Assembly: GCA_023231475.1 (NCBI GenBank)
Contig: JALJEE010000433.1
Span: 1 to 45,462 of the forward strand
Length of the DNA stretch: 45,462 nt
Source: Seison nebaliae
Lineage: Eukaryota
Reading direction: 5' to 3'
The notes under the pieces were generated by a model. That model saw nothing but the letters and a program-made list of their open reading frames with translations. It did no database searches and was not told where the DNA came from. A program made the position numbers and the translations under genes. Positions 24,525-38,232 of this stretch are shown one piece after another (position 1 is the stretch's first letter; every line of letters begins with the position of its first letter).

Positions 24525-26905
24525 TTAATAAAGTGTTCTCAATTCAGCATTCTCCTCTCGAAGTCTCGTCACTTCCTCGATGAGTTCGGCATTCATTTGA
24601 GAGATTGGAATCAATTTTTCCATTTGTGTCTTTATCTCGTTCGTTAATTTTTGTTGGTCCCATTGAAGTGAAGAGATTTCGAAACTGAGATCGACACTCA
24701 TTCCGAGGAGAACGGTTTTGGTTTTTTGGAATTCATCCCGAATATCTTCCATCTGTTTTGAGAGAGTGGACAATGTCAATTCTCCATCATTGTTCTTTTC
24801 ATCCACCATCTGAGTAAGATCGTCAGCACCATCATCGTTCGATAATGTCCTCGTATTACGATGTACACGTCGATTAACGTTATCGTAACTTTTTTGCCAT
24901 TTATTCTCTTTCAAATCGGGATTATTCGCCAAATGTGTCAAAGAATAGAAAGGTGCATTCGATTGTTTCATCAATGTGGATTCATCTTGTTTTTGAGGTT
25001 GAGAGGAATTACCACCATCCAACGGTATCACAACATTTCGACGCTCATTTGAATTACCATTAGAATTATCGATGTTAAATGTATTTCTCGAACTTGTCTT
25101 TAAATTATTAATAATCATATTTTTGTTATTGTTGTTGTTATTGGAGGTTGAGTTATGAAAAGTAGAAAAATTTGATTGATCAAAATTATCCCGTTGATGA
25201 GTTAGATTACTAAAATCGCTGCCGTTTGAGAAACGATTTTCATAATCACTTTTCGTTGTTGTCAATCGATCGATAAATTCTTTTTATGATTATTGGAGAA
25301 TAGTAATGAAATAAAAATAGAAGAATTAAAGAAAAAACTTGATCGATATTGATCTCTTTCGATTTCATTATAATTTCTATTCAAATTCTTTTCTTGTATC
25401 GGTTTCACTTTAAATATATTTATGAAATTATTTTACAACAAATTATTAACATTGTACTTGTTGTTGTTGTTGTTGTTGTTGATTCATAGTAGATTGTGAA
25501 TAATAATCACTAACACGATCATCAGTCAATTGTCTAGGATGAAATGGTTTATTTGAGAGACTGTTAACAGATCGATCCGATCGTTCCGTCGATTCTCCAT
25601 TCAGTTCATTTGACAAAGGTTTTTGTAAGATGGCTGATAAATTAGATGATTCTGATTTACTCGATCGTACTTTCGATAATAAACTATTATTATTATTATT
25701 ACTATTATTGATTGATTTATCGTTTTCATTCTAATAATAAAAAAATGAAATTACAAAAAATTTTCTTTTACAAATTAAAATTTTTTTCTAACAATCTCAT
25801 TAAATCGATTAACTTGTTGTGGTTCGTTTGATAATGATGATACAGATACTCGACTACTAATAACATTATGTCGGAATTTTAACGAACGTAATGGACGTTC
25901 ACAGCAAACAATGGTATTTACCGGTTTCAAATCGGACATGTGTAAATATCTCAAATCATAAATTAACGCATTTCCATCCGCCGTACCAGCTGCTATCGTA
26001 TAACCGGAAGTATAAATATCGATACTACACAATTTCCTTCCTGTCTGATACATTTTCAATTGTTTCTCTTTCTTCACGTCGAACAAACCAAGACGTCCGT
26101 CCAAACTGACCGATACCAACAAATACGGATTAATGGGCGAGAATGCCAATTGTGCATCTTCTAACGTCTGAGTTTTTCGGAAATCCTGAATACATTTCTG
26201 CGCGTTACAATCCCAGAGAGTGATAGCTCCGCTTAAATGAGCCGAAGCGACCAAATAAGGTCGATGATGTGAGAAGAAGGCGCAACTAATTCCCCCATAA
26301 TATTTCCGATTAGACGATGTTCGTTGAGAAGTCGACGTCGAATTACTGTGAACACTGTCCGAATCTTTCGATGGTTGATGACAAACATAACCTTCAACAC
26401 ATAAGGGAAATCGATTTCCAGTGACGAAATTATGAGTCACCAGATCTCCATTTTTTGTTCCGATGAGAACATTGGTATAAGTTCCATTGAAATCTAATGC
26501 CGTCACTTGACCATTATTACCCACATATTGTTTAGCAATCTTTATTTCATTTCTATCATTATTATCGTCATCGTTAAAAACATTTCCGTCATCATCTTCG
26601 GTTGAAAGAATGTCATTTGATTGATATAAATTCACAATTCCATTCATATGACCTGTACTGAACATATCCTCCGTAAATCGACATATTACCGCCTCGTTAA
26701 TATTATTCAGCGTCGTCACATAACCATCAGAAACGCTAATGATATTCGCATGATCAGCTGTCACACTACATGAGCCCAATTGAGTGTACTCATTATTCCA
26801 GACACAATCCGTTAAGAAATCCTCTTCGAATGGAACGAATTCTCGATGTAACGTATTCGTTTCGAGACTCCAGATTTTTGCCGTATCCGAAACGGTGAGA
26901 AACAT
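24525..26905 (-). CDS. NEDD1: NEDD1/GCP-WD (gamma-tubulin ring complex targeting WD40 protein), 4 exons
   Basis: Exons 26905-25814, 25730-25451, 25407-25339 and 25279-24525; introns of 83, 43 and 59 nt (GTTAAT, GTTAAT, GTTTTT). N-terminal WD40 repeats (FSPINPYLLVSVSLDG, AGTADG..IYDLR), a low-complexity linker, and the C-terminal coil LIEEVTRLREENAELR typical of NEDD1. Confidence 0.85.
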
Positions 26906-27544
26906 CACTAACACCTTTTATTCTTGATATAGAAGGAAATATTTCCTGTCTCTATACAACCACTAACTATTTAGAGATTATCTACATTCATTATTTATAT
27001 GTCTCAAATCTTATCTTCCCTCTAATAAGTCGGATGAGAAGACGAGTGAAGAGGGAAACTGGAATCTTTTATCCACTATATGTCCAGGAGCGACGATGAA
27101 TATTTAGAGGAAAAAGAGATATAGAAGATGTAAGTAGAAGAGAGCTCTTCTTCCGATTATGTTTCTTTTTTTATTTTTATTTTTTTGATATTATTAATTC
27201 GACCACTTACTATTAAATTCGCCCGAGCTCAAGTTTTCATCTTCTTCTCCTTTCTATCTCACTCACGAAAAACCATTTAATCGATTCCTTCTGTTCATTC
27301 ATTCTAAGAGAGGATATACTAGTGGCAATAGGTGACTAAAACCTAGACGAGAACGAAAGAAAAATAGTTGTAAGTGAAAAAAAAACATGGAACACAGAAG
27401 AGTATCAACAGAAGAATTAGAGAAGTTTTCGATTATTTTTCGTAATTCTTTTCCACTTAACTGAATAGTCCATTTATTTATTGTTATTCATCATTCAACC
27501 ATTCAATTTATTCATTCTGTTTGGTCTCATCAATATACTTTTTT

Positions 27545-27660
27545 GGTGACCGGCGATTTCGTCACCCTATGTTTTTTAAGTGAAAATCGGTGATTTCGTC
27601 ACCCACAAAACGGTGATTTCGTCACCCATTTAGCTGTATTTCGGTGATTTCGTCACCAAT
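27545..27660. repeat. Four copies of the quasi-palindrome cggtgatttcgtcacc; probable transposon subterminal array
   Basis: Copies at about 27551, 27588, 27611 and 27642. Confidence 0.75.
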
Positions 27661-27927
27661 TAATAAAACATTTTTTATAATTTGCTTCATGTTTATGGAA
27701 ATAAATATAATAAAATGATTTTAATTATCAATGGAAACTTTGTTTCATTATTGAAAATACAATAAGAGTAATTGTTGTTTAATTGCATAATTTTATTATT
27801 TTAATGTGATAATATGTGATAAATAAAAAATATACATCGAGTGGTTGTAGTATTGAAGTTGTTTTTGCCAAACTTCGCGGCAAATTCGACGGTCTAACCT
27901 AGCCAACGTGCACCGATTCCTTCTGGT

Positions 27928-28089
27928 TTACTTCATCCTCGTCCCATAATATTTATCATTTTTAAACGAATAAATAACTTTCTTCGACCGATTAATTTTC
28001 TTGTCGATATCCGCTACTGAAACACCTTCGGACAATAAGGCCGTTATCTGTCCCTTTTCGAACTCCGATAATGTTTTTGCTTTCCCCAT
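27928..28089 (-). pseudogene. Truncated Tc1/mariner (Tc3-like) transposase N-terminal HTH
   Basis: MGKAKTLSEFEKGQITALLSEGVSVADIDKKINRSKKVIYSFKNDKYYGTRMK* resembles the Tc3 N-terminal DNA-binding domain. It stops after 53 aa and no DDE domain is visible. Confidence 0.7.
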
Positions 28090-28616
28090 AATAAAATGTG
28101 ATTAGCAATAGTATGTGATAGTAAAATGTAAATAATAGCGTGGGTCGAAATATTTAGATTTAACAAATTGTTAAATTTAAATTTTACCATTGTAAACTAA
28201 ATTTTACATAGTTTTCTGCTATTTAATCTTGCAGTTTCTAAAGATATGACACGCTTATTTAAAATTTATTCATTATATACTGCTCTTAAAAATTTTAAGG
28301 ACTATCATTATGTATTGTAATAACAAAAAGCCCGAAATTTCGCTTCAAAATTTAAAAAAACCATTAAGAATATCCCGCAATAAGAATGTTTTTGGCACCA
28401 ATTTAAATCAAAACTAACAATTGAGAATATCGTAAGACATAAAATGACGTTTTAAATCTTCGCATAATGGGAAAGTGTAAAAGTTTAAATGAATATGGGA
28501 AACGTCAAATTTGTGTGCGATGGTGTATTATTACGATGGTATCGCTGAAATGTTGGTAATTAGGATTGGTATTGATACCAATCATACAACTAGGCGGTAT
28601 CGCAGGAGAGAGAAAT

Positions 28617-29012
28617 AATTCCCCCATAAGGTGAATACCGCTCCGGAATTCGAAACAGTTCCTGAGAATTGGTCAATATGCCGATGAATTTTTAAAACCG
28701 ATATATGGTTGTTAATTGGTTGTTATACTTATATACGAATCCCGGAGCGGTATTCACCTTATGGGGGAATTCACCCTGTTTCTCATTTTCGGAGAGGAAC
28801 TCACTCAAATATCGGAGCGGAATTCACCCAAAAAGATGCTTTCGGAGAAGAATTCACCCAAAAGTAGTTTTTCGGAGAGGAATTTACCCAAATTTGAGGA
28901 TTTCGGAGAGGAAGTCACTCTATTTTTAGTTTTTCGGAGAGGAATTCACTCTAATTTCAAATCTTCCAAGAGGAATTCACCTCCTTTCAGTTTTTCGAAG
29001 AGGAATTCACCT
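28617..29012. repeat. 36-bp inverted repeat pair followed by a ~30-bp minisatellite; probable non-autonomous element
   Basis: 28617-28652 and 28736-28771 are reverse complements with 1 mismatch. About 8 degenerate tttcggagaggaattcacc-core units follow. Confidence 0.8.
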
Positions 29013-29247
29013 TTTAATTTTATCTTTCAAGATTATTCCTGTTATATTTTTCCTTTTCATATCTTTTTATTTCTCGGTCATCCATGTCACTAAACTAATG
29101 GAGGAATTGATTGATAATGACGTTCTCTTTAATATGATGAATGTTGATTTGTAGAAATGATGAATCGGAATAAATGAATTTTTTTCTTAAAAAATTTATT
29201 AAAATTAGATTTCATGTAGAGAGAAAAGAAGTTTCCAATTAAAAATC

Positions 29248-29904
29248 TTACTGATATTTCCAGCTAAGTTTCAATGGGAAATATAAAAGTACTTGAAGGA
29301 GGAAAACCGATGAAATGATGAGAGCACTTATCGATTGACAATAAATATGAATGAAAGTTTTATTTTCCATAATTGCTTCACAATTGGACGGTAACAGAAT
29401 AAGTAAAGAATTCTTGAACAAAGTGACATCGGAACAAATTGTGGTGATTTGCAGGTAACTTCCGTAGAAGAATAGTGCCATTCCATATATCTTCATCTTA
29501 ACTGTGCACTTATTGTTATGATTGGGTCTGTATGAACATGAGTTCCAATGTCGTCCGTACAGCATGAACATTAGAGTGAAGTAAATGAAAATTCCATGTT
29601 CCGTTAACGAGATCTTCTTATAACAGTAGGCCAGATAGTAGGAGTGGAGGAAAATGACGAGGAATGGAATGAAGATATAATCGACGATTCGTGTCCGATT
29701 CCGCACATACTCCACCACACTCAACAAACTACCTATTGAGTAGACGATCAGATAAATCTTCCACTTATTCTCCAACAGATAATCTGAGAGAAGAACACAT
29801 CGGATTATTATCAATTGAATGATCAATCCCAAACACCATCGTAAATATGGTGTAGTCGTCACATCATAACCCATTAGTTTCAGATGTCCTATTCTCAAAA
29901 ACAT
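29248..29904 (-). CDS. Uncharacterised multi-pass membrane protein (218 aa, about 6 hydrophobic segments)
   Basis: A 657-nt ATG-to-stop ORF in AT-rich DNA with several hydrophobic stretches. Family not recognised. Confidence 0.65.
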   Translation of the reverse strand: MFLRIGHLKLMGYDVTTTPYLRWCLGLIIQLIIIRCVLLSDYLLENKWKIYLIVYSIGSLLSVVEYVRNRTRIVDYIFIPFLVIFLHSYYLAYCYKKISLTEHGIFIYFTLMFMLYGRHWNSCSYRPNHNNKCTVKMKIYGMALFFYGSYLQITTICSDVTLFKNSLLILLPSNCEAIMENKTFIHIYCQSISALIISSVFLLQVLLYFPLKLSWKYQ

Positions 29905-32900
29905 TATCCAATATGAATTTCAATAAAGAAATTGATTGAATTGATTTTTGATAATCTCTTCAGTTGTGATTCACTTCACTTTTTCAATCCGTTGAACTTA
30001 ATAAATTGAATTCTATTTAACAAATTCGTTTACATTAATCATACGAAAATTATATTATTCGTAATTGTTGGGAAAACTTACTGGAATTTTATTACTGCAC
30101 TTCTGGAATTATATAATTCTTCCAAATAAGAAGTTTAATAGACTGTTTTTTTAAATTATCCTGTCTCTTCAAGTCGGTTTTTACTTCACTTCTTTTCATT
30201 CTTATCAACTATATTCATTCTCTTCCATCCTCCACATTTGGTGTTGAGTTACAGTTGTTGTGTTGATATTCACTAAATTCTAATGATGTTTAATGCTGAT
30301 TCGTGTTAAAACGTTATCACATAATTTATAGCATGGACATCAAGTTAGGAGTTTGAAATTCTGTCATTCTGTAATTTTTCATTAGTAGATCTCTATAATG
30401 CAGAGGAAGCTGAAAACTGAAATTTTCCCTTTCTTGGTCCCCATTCGATTTATTTATACTATTTATTTTTTCGTAGATTTTTATGACATTATAATCAATG
30501 TGTTGAATAATAGGTTAAAAGGAAGAAATAACCGTAGATATTTTACACAATTTATCATCATGAGAAACTTATTTTTTGCTTTGATGTTCGTCATACACTA
30601 AATTTTCTAAATTTTTTCTAAAAATTGTGGAAAATTCCAAACCTTATAAGAATTTCTTTATAAATTGTCTTTTTAAAAATAAAATTTTTAATCTAATCTA
30701 AACGATGTTTAATAAACATTTTATTTTGTTTATTAAAAACTTGATCAATTTCAATTTACTAGATATTCTGACTGTTAATTTCCTTTTACTAATTGGGTGA
30801 AATCGAAAATTGGGAGATTGGAAAGCCGAAAATTGGAAGACCGTATATATAATTGAAGTTTAACTTAAGCAAATTTATTACAAAAAACAATTATTAGAGT
30901 ACACCAAAAATCTTTTATTTTCGTTTTTTTCCCAATTTTTTAAAAAAATATTCCGATTCCCATGTTGAAATATTAGATTTGATAAATTGTTTGTGGATGA
31001 GCATATCTGTTCACAATTTGGATTAGTTCCATAAAACTCCGTAATTAATAATTTCCTATTAGTCTACTCACAAAAAATCTAACTCTACATGTCAGAATAA
31101 AAATGAATCTAGAATATCTATTATTGAAGTTAATTCTGATAAAATAAAATTTTGCTATTGGTATGCGATCGATTGATGAAAAGTGGAAAGTATCGATATT
31201 TGTGGAAGTGGAAAGAAAGAATCCATTTCCATTATCTGCATTAATAGCAACTAATAATCAATATAGAAATGTCAATTGGAAATATTTCAAGGAAAAGTCT
31301 GAAGTAGTTTCTTAGGAGGATGTTCGAAGGAATTTTCAATGGAATATTAAGAAAATTTTGAATAAAAAAAATAAATCCATAAGTGCCAAAAATTGGCGAT
31401 GGATTAGGTCTATATTTACTTGAAATGAAAAAATGATGAACGATGATTGAAATATGATGAGGAATGACATGAGAACATAATTATGATACATGAGAAGTGG
31501 AATGATAAAATGAGATTTCACAGTGTGTTGATGATTGAATAAGAATGAGAGAGGTGATTAAGTGAAGAAAGTAGAGGAGATGTTTTAATTCAATTTTGAA
31601 GTGTTAACTAAATGAGGAGTTTTTTTTCTTGAGATTAACAGTCCCAATCTCTTCTCTTCAGTACTTACTTTCGCATACTTCGATTCTTCCGGGAAAAATC
31701 TGAGTTTGAAATGAAGATTGATGAAATGAAAGTTTGTTGTTGAATGAGATTGATGGAGATGAACGTTTTATAAAAAATACTTGAAGAATTGATTGAATGT
31801 GGATATAATTGACTTAATTGGAAATACATCATGATGTATTGGGCAATTAAACTATGAACTTGATGTGACTTGTTTCATGAATGGAACTTGTTCCGAAGGG
31901 GGACAGAGAATGATTAATTTAAATTTGATGAAATGGCGATAATTGTAAGCGGAGCTGTAATGAACCGAACTAAACTGAATTGAAATAGTTGGGCGAGTGT
32001 ATGAATTAAAAGGAACATGAGAGGGACTAAGCTTCGCATGTCTCCCCACCTGTATCACATTCGCCTGTGTGTGTGTGGAGGGGGACGATGTTGTGTTTGA
32101 CCTTGGATCTCAACCAGATGCCTATACATGATCCCTATATATATATATATATCTGTAAGGAGATTATGTGAGTTATTGAAAGAAACACAATTTTCTTTGA
32201 ATTTCAACAAAAGTCTCCTTTCGTTCAGAAGAGAAGCGAAGTAGAAACTGTTAATATTAAACCGTTCGGTCCATAGAGTCTCGTTGAACGAATATTAGAG
32301 AAAAGCAGTGGAAATGCTTCTTCTTCGGGACTTGACTTGAGTTGGCTTGACCGGACGAATGAACATACTGTTCCAATGTACACAGAACAATATAATTACT
32401 AATCAGATTATCTTTGAGATCGATTCGGAGCATTTCGACGACTACGGTTGAAGATGATTCAACATTTCTCTTCACTCCAAGTAACAATTGATGTAATATT
32501 TGCTGTAATAGTAATAGATGGTGGTGGTGTTGATGTTAGCAATAATGGCAAATGAAAATGAAAAAGAAGGAGGAGAAGAAGAAGAAGAAGTACTTATTAT
32601 TCATTAGTCGTAGATAAGGAATGGAATATGAAAGGAATATGGAAGAAATCTGTTTCCCAGTTTATTACACATTAATAATTCATAATTCGTATTTGAAAAT
32701 TTATTTATATTCTTTCTCCTCGACATCTCCCACTTCTTATCTGGTGGAGTACCACGTTGTATCTCCAAACGATATCGTTTCAATATTGAGATGTTGGCAA
32801 ATGTATTGAGACAGACAACGGAAATTGGTTCGAATCGTGCTCTCCGTTCATCTGACACTCCCAATGAGAACGTAATATTTATGTTTTAAAGTTGAATAGA

Positions 32901-33529
32901 TGTGACAAGTTGGAAATATTGGATAGTTGCTTTCACTGCGATAAGTCCTCCTCCATCTCTCGCTCAATCAACTCAGTCATGTTAAATGAGTCGTGTTCAA
33001 ATCGTATTTGGTAATCTAATAAAGCTTTAGTTATTGAACGAGAAATCGAAAGTTTAATGGAAACAGGAAGACGATCCATCTACTCTATTTTAATGATAAT
33101 AAGAGGAATAGATTGCATGCAACCATTCGATATTATGTGTCGGTTAACTAGTTTTTTTCTTGTTTTCGAATGAAACTGCCTGCTAACTGGAGAATGTGCA
33201 GAGTAGGTACTAAAGTGAATGTTTGAAGTAGACTAAGAAAAGAAAAGCGGAGTGAGAGAAAGAGGTATAGGAAATGCCATTGGCAAAGAATGGTAGTAAT
33301 GGAAAGAAAGTTTACTAGCGTCGGGATTGGAGAAAAGGTCATGAGAAAAGACTCATTAATTTCTTTTTATTTCCTAATTTCTTCTTTCCATCCATCATTT
33401 CTAATATACTATATCCCGAGTAGAAGTCGGTTTATATTTTTCATTCAATTTCCATGTTGAACGAACATCTTACTTATCTAATTGTTGCAATTTTCTAATT
33501 AACATACTCATTCGATAAGTGATAGAAAC

Positions 33530-34334
33530 ATGAAAAATTTGGTGATCTCTTGTATTCTCTTCTGGATTCAACGACCACTCGTCGCCCAACAACTGGCACG
33601 ATTCGATAACGATGATGACCGATCCGACTCTCTCAAATGTTTCAATTGTTACGTGCCTATGTTGGGTGTGACGAAGTCGACGGTTTATTGTTTGGGGATC
33701 ACTCACTTCTTCGAGAAGAAATTGGAAGTAGAACGAAAATCATTGAACAAGTCGAAGAACGAAATACTGGAAGAGAATTCGGTATTAATTCCCCGTCAGG
33801 TTTTCGACTATCAATTCGTTCAAGCCGATTACCAACAACAGAGCGATGGGAGAATTCTATTTCCGGCGGTGATATGTAGAAGCGATGAAGTATGTTTCGT
33901 TAGTATATTACTTCCAATACTTCTTTATTAGTCACCTTTTATTCCTTCTCCGAAAACTATATCTACTACGACTGGATGTTAATTGGGTTGACTTGGAAAT
34001 TGTGTTGGTGATCATTCCATTGTTGACGAATGTTAATGGAATACTGATGATACTGATGATAATGATGAAATTGAATAATATATCCATCATAACGAATTAA
34101 TAGACAGAAAGAGTGATATTCAGCAATGTTGACACTTCATTCAGACGTGGCTGCATTTCTCGCCAACAATGCAACATGTCGGCTTGCATCGAATATCATA
34201 ACTATGTCGCATGTATGCATTGCTGTCAAACAAACCTGTGCAATCGAACTAACAACTCGAAAAGAATAATATCAAATGATGATATAATGCTTATCATCGG
34301 AATGTTTTCCATTTTAATAGTAATGTTCATTTAA
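33530..34334 (+). CDS. Ly6/uPAR three-finger protein, probably GPI-anchored, 2 exons
   Basis: Exons 33530-33898 and 34104-34334; intron 33899-34103 (205 nt, GTTAGT..TAG). Signal peptide, LKCFNC...C...C...C..RGC..C..C..C..CCQTNLCN (10 Cys) and a hydrophobic C-terminus. Confidence 0.85.
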
Positions 34335-34776
34335 AAACATTGGAACTGTTAGTTTATTCTTTCTCCCTTCATGCTCTTCCTATCTCATCCACAAACTCTA
34401 ATAATCACACTGAAAGAAGATCGAAAGATATGTCGAAAAGGTGATCGATGAACCACTATCACTCGGAACGATTTCGTGAATACAGAGAAAGTAGTACCTT
34501 AATCGTCGACCTCGGTGTACATCTTAAGGGGAGGAAGGTTTTCTCGAATATTTTTTTTTTCAAATTTATGTCATTCTTCTTTCTCCTTCTTTTGTATTCT
34601 TTTGCCTCTTTTTTTTATTATGAGCGAGAAAAGGTGAAAGGAAATGGAAAACATTATTCCTGTAGATTATTCCTGTTATATTTTTCCTTTTCATATCTTT
34701 TTATTTCTAATATATTTACACATCTTTCCACTTTCTTTCCATTATGAAACATTATGTGGAAGAATAGCAATTCTTT

Positions 34777-34845
34777 CTATCCATCCATCCATCCATCCAT
34801 CCATCCATCCATCCATCGTTCCATCGTTCCATCTATCTATCCGTT
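34777..34845. repeat. (ATCC)n microsatellite with degenerate tail
   Basis: Direct reading of the sequence. Confidence 0.9.
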
Positions 34846-36827
34846 CAACTAACCATCTATCCGCCCCATCATCTACCTACAATAGATGGGGCAGTACGCT
34901 TGTGTTGGTAGGAAGGATGTATCGATAGGAATTGTTGTGATAAAATTTTTCATATTCCTATTTTTGAGTATTGGCATACATATGTATATGTGGGACATGT
35001 ATACCTTATTCGGATGTTACATAAATAATATTCATGTGGGAGAAAGAAAGGAAGAAAGAAAATGAAGGAATATTGAGGAGCTTTCGACATGCTCCTTTTC
35101 TCCCTTAGTTCTTGCTTTGTTTACTTATACATACAATGTACTTCCCATTATAATGCAATTTGAAGTTGGAGAATTTTCTACTTTGATTCTCCTCCTCATT
35201 ATCAGCATCAGTAGCATTATAATCATCACCGTCATCATGTAGTTAAATAACAATACCTGATTCTCAGTTGTTCTTACTGAAAATTGGTGTACGAGTAAGA
35301 ATGTGGAAGAATAACTTCCACTCATTCATTTCAGTTTACTCACCAACTCTTCCACAAACACACAAATGAACACAAAGAGATGCATCGAATAACATTCAAT
35401 GCTCACCTTCCATCAGTACATTATGATATTGGAAAATAATTACTTGTTTTCCTTTTCCGTCATTCTGCCTATTAGTCAACTAATTAACTTTCCGTTTTGC
35501 CTATTTTACATGTTCGTACGTTTCCTCTTCAATTGCTCATGAAGATTTTAATGAGATTTGGAAAATCGATAAATTTATTTTTTCTTATTCCGATCTGATG
35601 CATTCTAATTACATCTCGACAAGTGTCGAAGTAAATAGACGCACATTTTTGCTTCGTTGAAAGAAATTTGGTTAATTCTCTCATCGATCATCTCCCACCC
35701 CATTAAATGCTTCTCCACAATATGACGACGGGGTGACATAAGAAAAGGAATTTGCTCGAAAAATAAGTATCTTCATTCGTTTGCCTTTCCGTCCACTGCA
35801 CCGTGCACATATGGCTGATTGGAAGGAAGATGTGTTCTTCTGCCTCGTTCTTTTCTTCATTATCAAATCGGCATTTCTTTCATTACAATACCAAATTAAT
35901 TATGCACACATCTATCTGTAATTGAATCGCATAATATGTCTTTAATTATATCGTTCTGTACATATTCAAATTTACATAAATATTCATTGGTCTTTCTTTG
36001 AAACATGTTTATCTGGAAACTAAAAGAAAAGTATTTCGTTTTAATTTGGAATGGAGCTCTTAAGTTCTTCCTCTAATTCCAATCGAACTTCTCTTTCATA
36101 TCCCCCAACTTTCATTCTTCCATTGCAAACTAGTTTAACAATTGATTTTCATTCTTTCTTCAACCATTCTAATCTACCTTTATGGCTTTACACAGAAACC
36201 ATTCTCTCCAGACCATAATTCTTTCATTCCTCGCACCAATCTTTCATGAGACAAGTCTCTTCCCAACAATTCTTCAAAGGTTTCTCCTCAAAACTTTCAC
36301 GATGATAAATATGAATGAATTCACTTTCCAAATTACCTTCCCCAATTACGAATCCTAATTAGAGAGAACCAAATTTCCATATACTATCTTTACACCTTAC
36401 TGATTTTGAACGATTGGATTTGAGGGTTGTACCATTTCATTTGACGTATTCAACTACTCTCAAATCATTCCCATATGAAGAAGCTTCTCCATATGAACTG
36501 CAACTCCATTGTATTGATGATCGTATGTTTGTGAGATGATCTATTATCGTATATGATCATAGTTCATTCACATTCCTACATCAATCATTGGAGTAGGGAA
36601 GAAAGAAGGAAAGTTTTAACGAAACAAATCTGCTGTACGTGCAATTTTATGCGTACATCTAGGTGTGTATGGGACGAAGTTATTCTACTAATATCACCCA
36701 TTAGCTAGTTATCATTCTTCTGTATATCCAAACGATTCAATCGGTTGATGATGTACATATGCTGATGGTAGTATTATACCAATAGCACAATGGGTCTGTG
36801 TCTTATTGTGCGATTGTGCATATTCTC

Positions 36828-36905
36828 GTATGTGTATATATGTGTGTATATATGTGTGTATGTGTGTGTATGTGTGTGTATGTGTGTGTGTGTGTGTATG
36901 TGTGT
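36828..36905. repeat. (TG)n / TATGTGTG compound microsatellite
   Basis: Direct reading of the sequence. Confidence 0.9.
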
Positions 36906-37598
36906 CAGTAGTCAGTAGAGTTATGTAAAAGGAAAGAATCGATTATATAATCATTGTGTATGAGACGTAAATCATAAAATAAGTTGGGTGAAAGAATAAA
37001 GATTTAATTAATTTGATATTAATATAAATTAGAAATTAATGAATTTATTTATCAGAAACAATTTCTATTCTTTTCTTTTTCGGATGTGGAGTTACGTATG
37101 ACCAAATCTTTCGGTGCATCTTATTCATATATATATTACATATTATGTATGAACTTCAACTTTTCCCTCATTTCTATTTACTTCTAATCACACTCATAAT
37201 GATTAAAATAATGGAAATAATACGAAATGACATTCATCAACTACATCCATCACCTCCCTCCTTCTCCCCATCTGCCCCATCTCTCTATATGTCCATTGAC
37301 AGCAGTAGTAGCGGCGGCCGTAGTAGTGGTGGTGGAATATACATGTCGATGATTCTATAGTCTCTCTATAACCGTCTGTACAAGTGGCTCTGTTGCCAGA
37401 CAGGAAAAAGAAAAGTAGATTGAAAGTGCTGAAATTTATTATTTTTTCTTCTCTATTCCAATTGCATTGCACATCGATGATTCTTCTCATTATTGTTTTC
37501 ATATGTTTCTCCCATAGTTTGCCCGTCTCGCTACCTCCGAGGAGCAGAATAACGAACACTATTTCTATTTGAAACACTTAATCGAATTGAGTGACACA

Positions 37599-38232
37599 AT
37601 GGGAAATGAATATTCCAATATCCCACTTGATCTTCCCGTCAACTTCGATTTGGAAGAGATCAAACGACTCGGTTCATCTTTTTCTTCTCTTCTCTCAATC
37701 TCAACTCAAACTTTTCATAGGTAAACGCTTTCGTCGAATCGATTTGGATGGGAATGGATCGTTATCTGCAACTGAATTCAAATCAATTCCCGAACTTGAT
37801 CAGAATCCACTCGTCCAAAGAGTCATCGACATCTTCGATACAGATAAAGATGGCGAGGTGGATTTTAAAGAATTTATTCAAGGTCTCATTTCCATTAGAC
37901 TATTTCTTTTACATCTCCATTTCCTTTCTCTTCTCCCCGAAGGAATCTCATTATTTAGTGTGAAAGGTGAAAAGTTGAGTAAATTAAGATTCGCCTTCCA
38001 AATTTACGATGTTGATAACGACGGGTATATAAGTAACGGCGAACTATTCCAAGTGCTCAAAATGATGGTAGGCAACAATTTGAAAGATACGGCCCTCCAA
38101 CAAATCGTGGATAAGACAATAATGAATGCAGATAAGGACGGTGACGGTAAGATCTCATTCGAAGAGTTTTGTGATGTCGTTGGCGATTCGGTGAAAACGA
38201 CGATCGAAACTAAAATGACCGTTCAATTATGA
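37599..38232 (+). CDS. PPP3R1: Calcineurin subunit B (PP2B regulatory subunit), 3 exons
   Basis: Exons 37599-37671, 37721-37882 and 37943-38232; introns 37672-37720 (49 nt, GTTCAT) and 37883-37942 (60 nt, GTCTCA..GAAG). Product MGNEYS...[22 protein letters not shown]...[14 protein letters not shown]...[35 protein letters not shown], with four EF-hands and a myristoylation Gly2. Confidence 0.97.

Noticed and set aside
28705..29093. ORFs with repeated peptides, and a CRISPR-like look of the ~30-bp array
   Set aside because: The ORFs arise from a degenerate minisatellite. The spacers are short and related to each other, there are no cas genes, and the context is eukaryotic.
37145..37577. Overlapping ORFs upstream of calcineurin B
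   Set aside because: Low complexity with no homology; more likely 5' UTR or intron sequence of calcineurin B.
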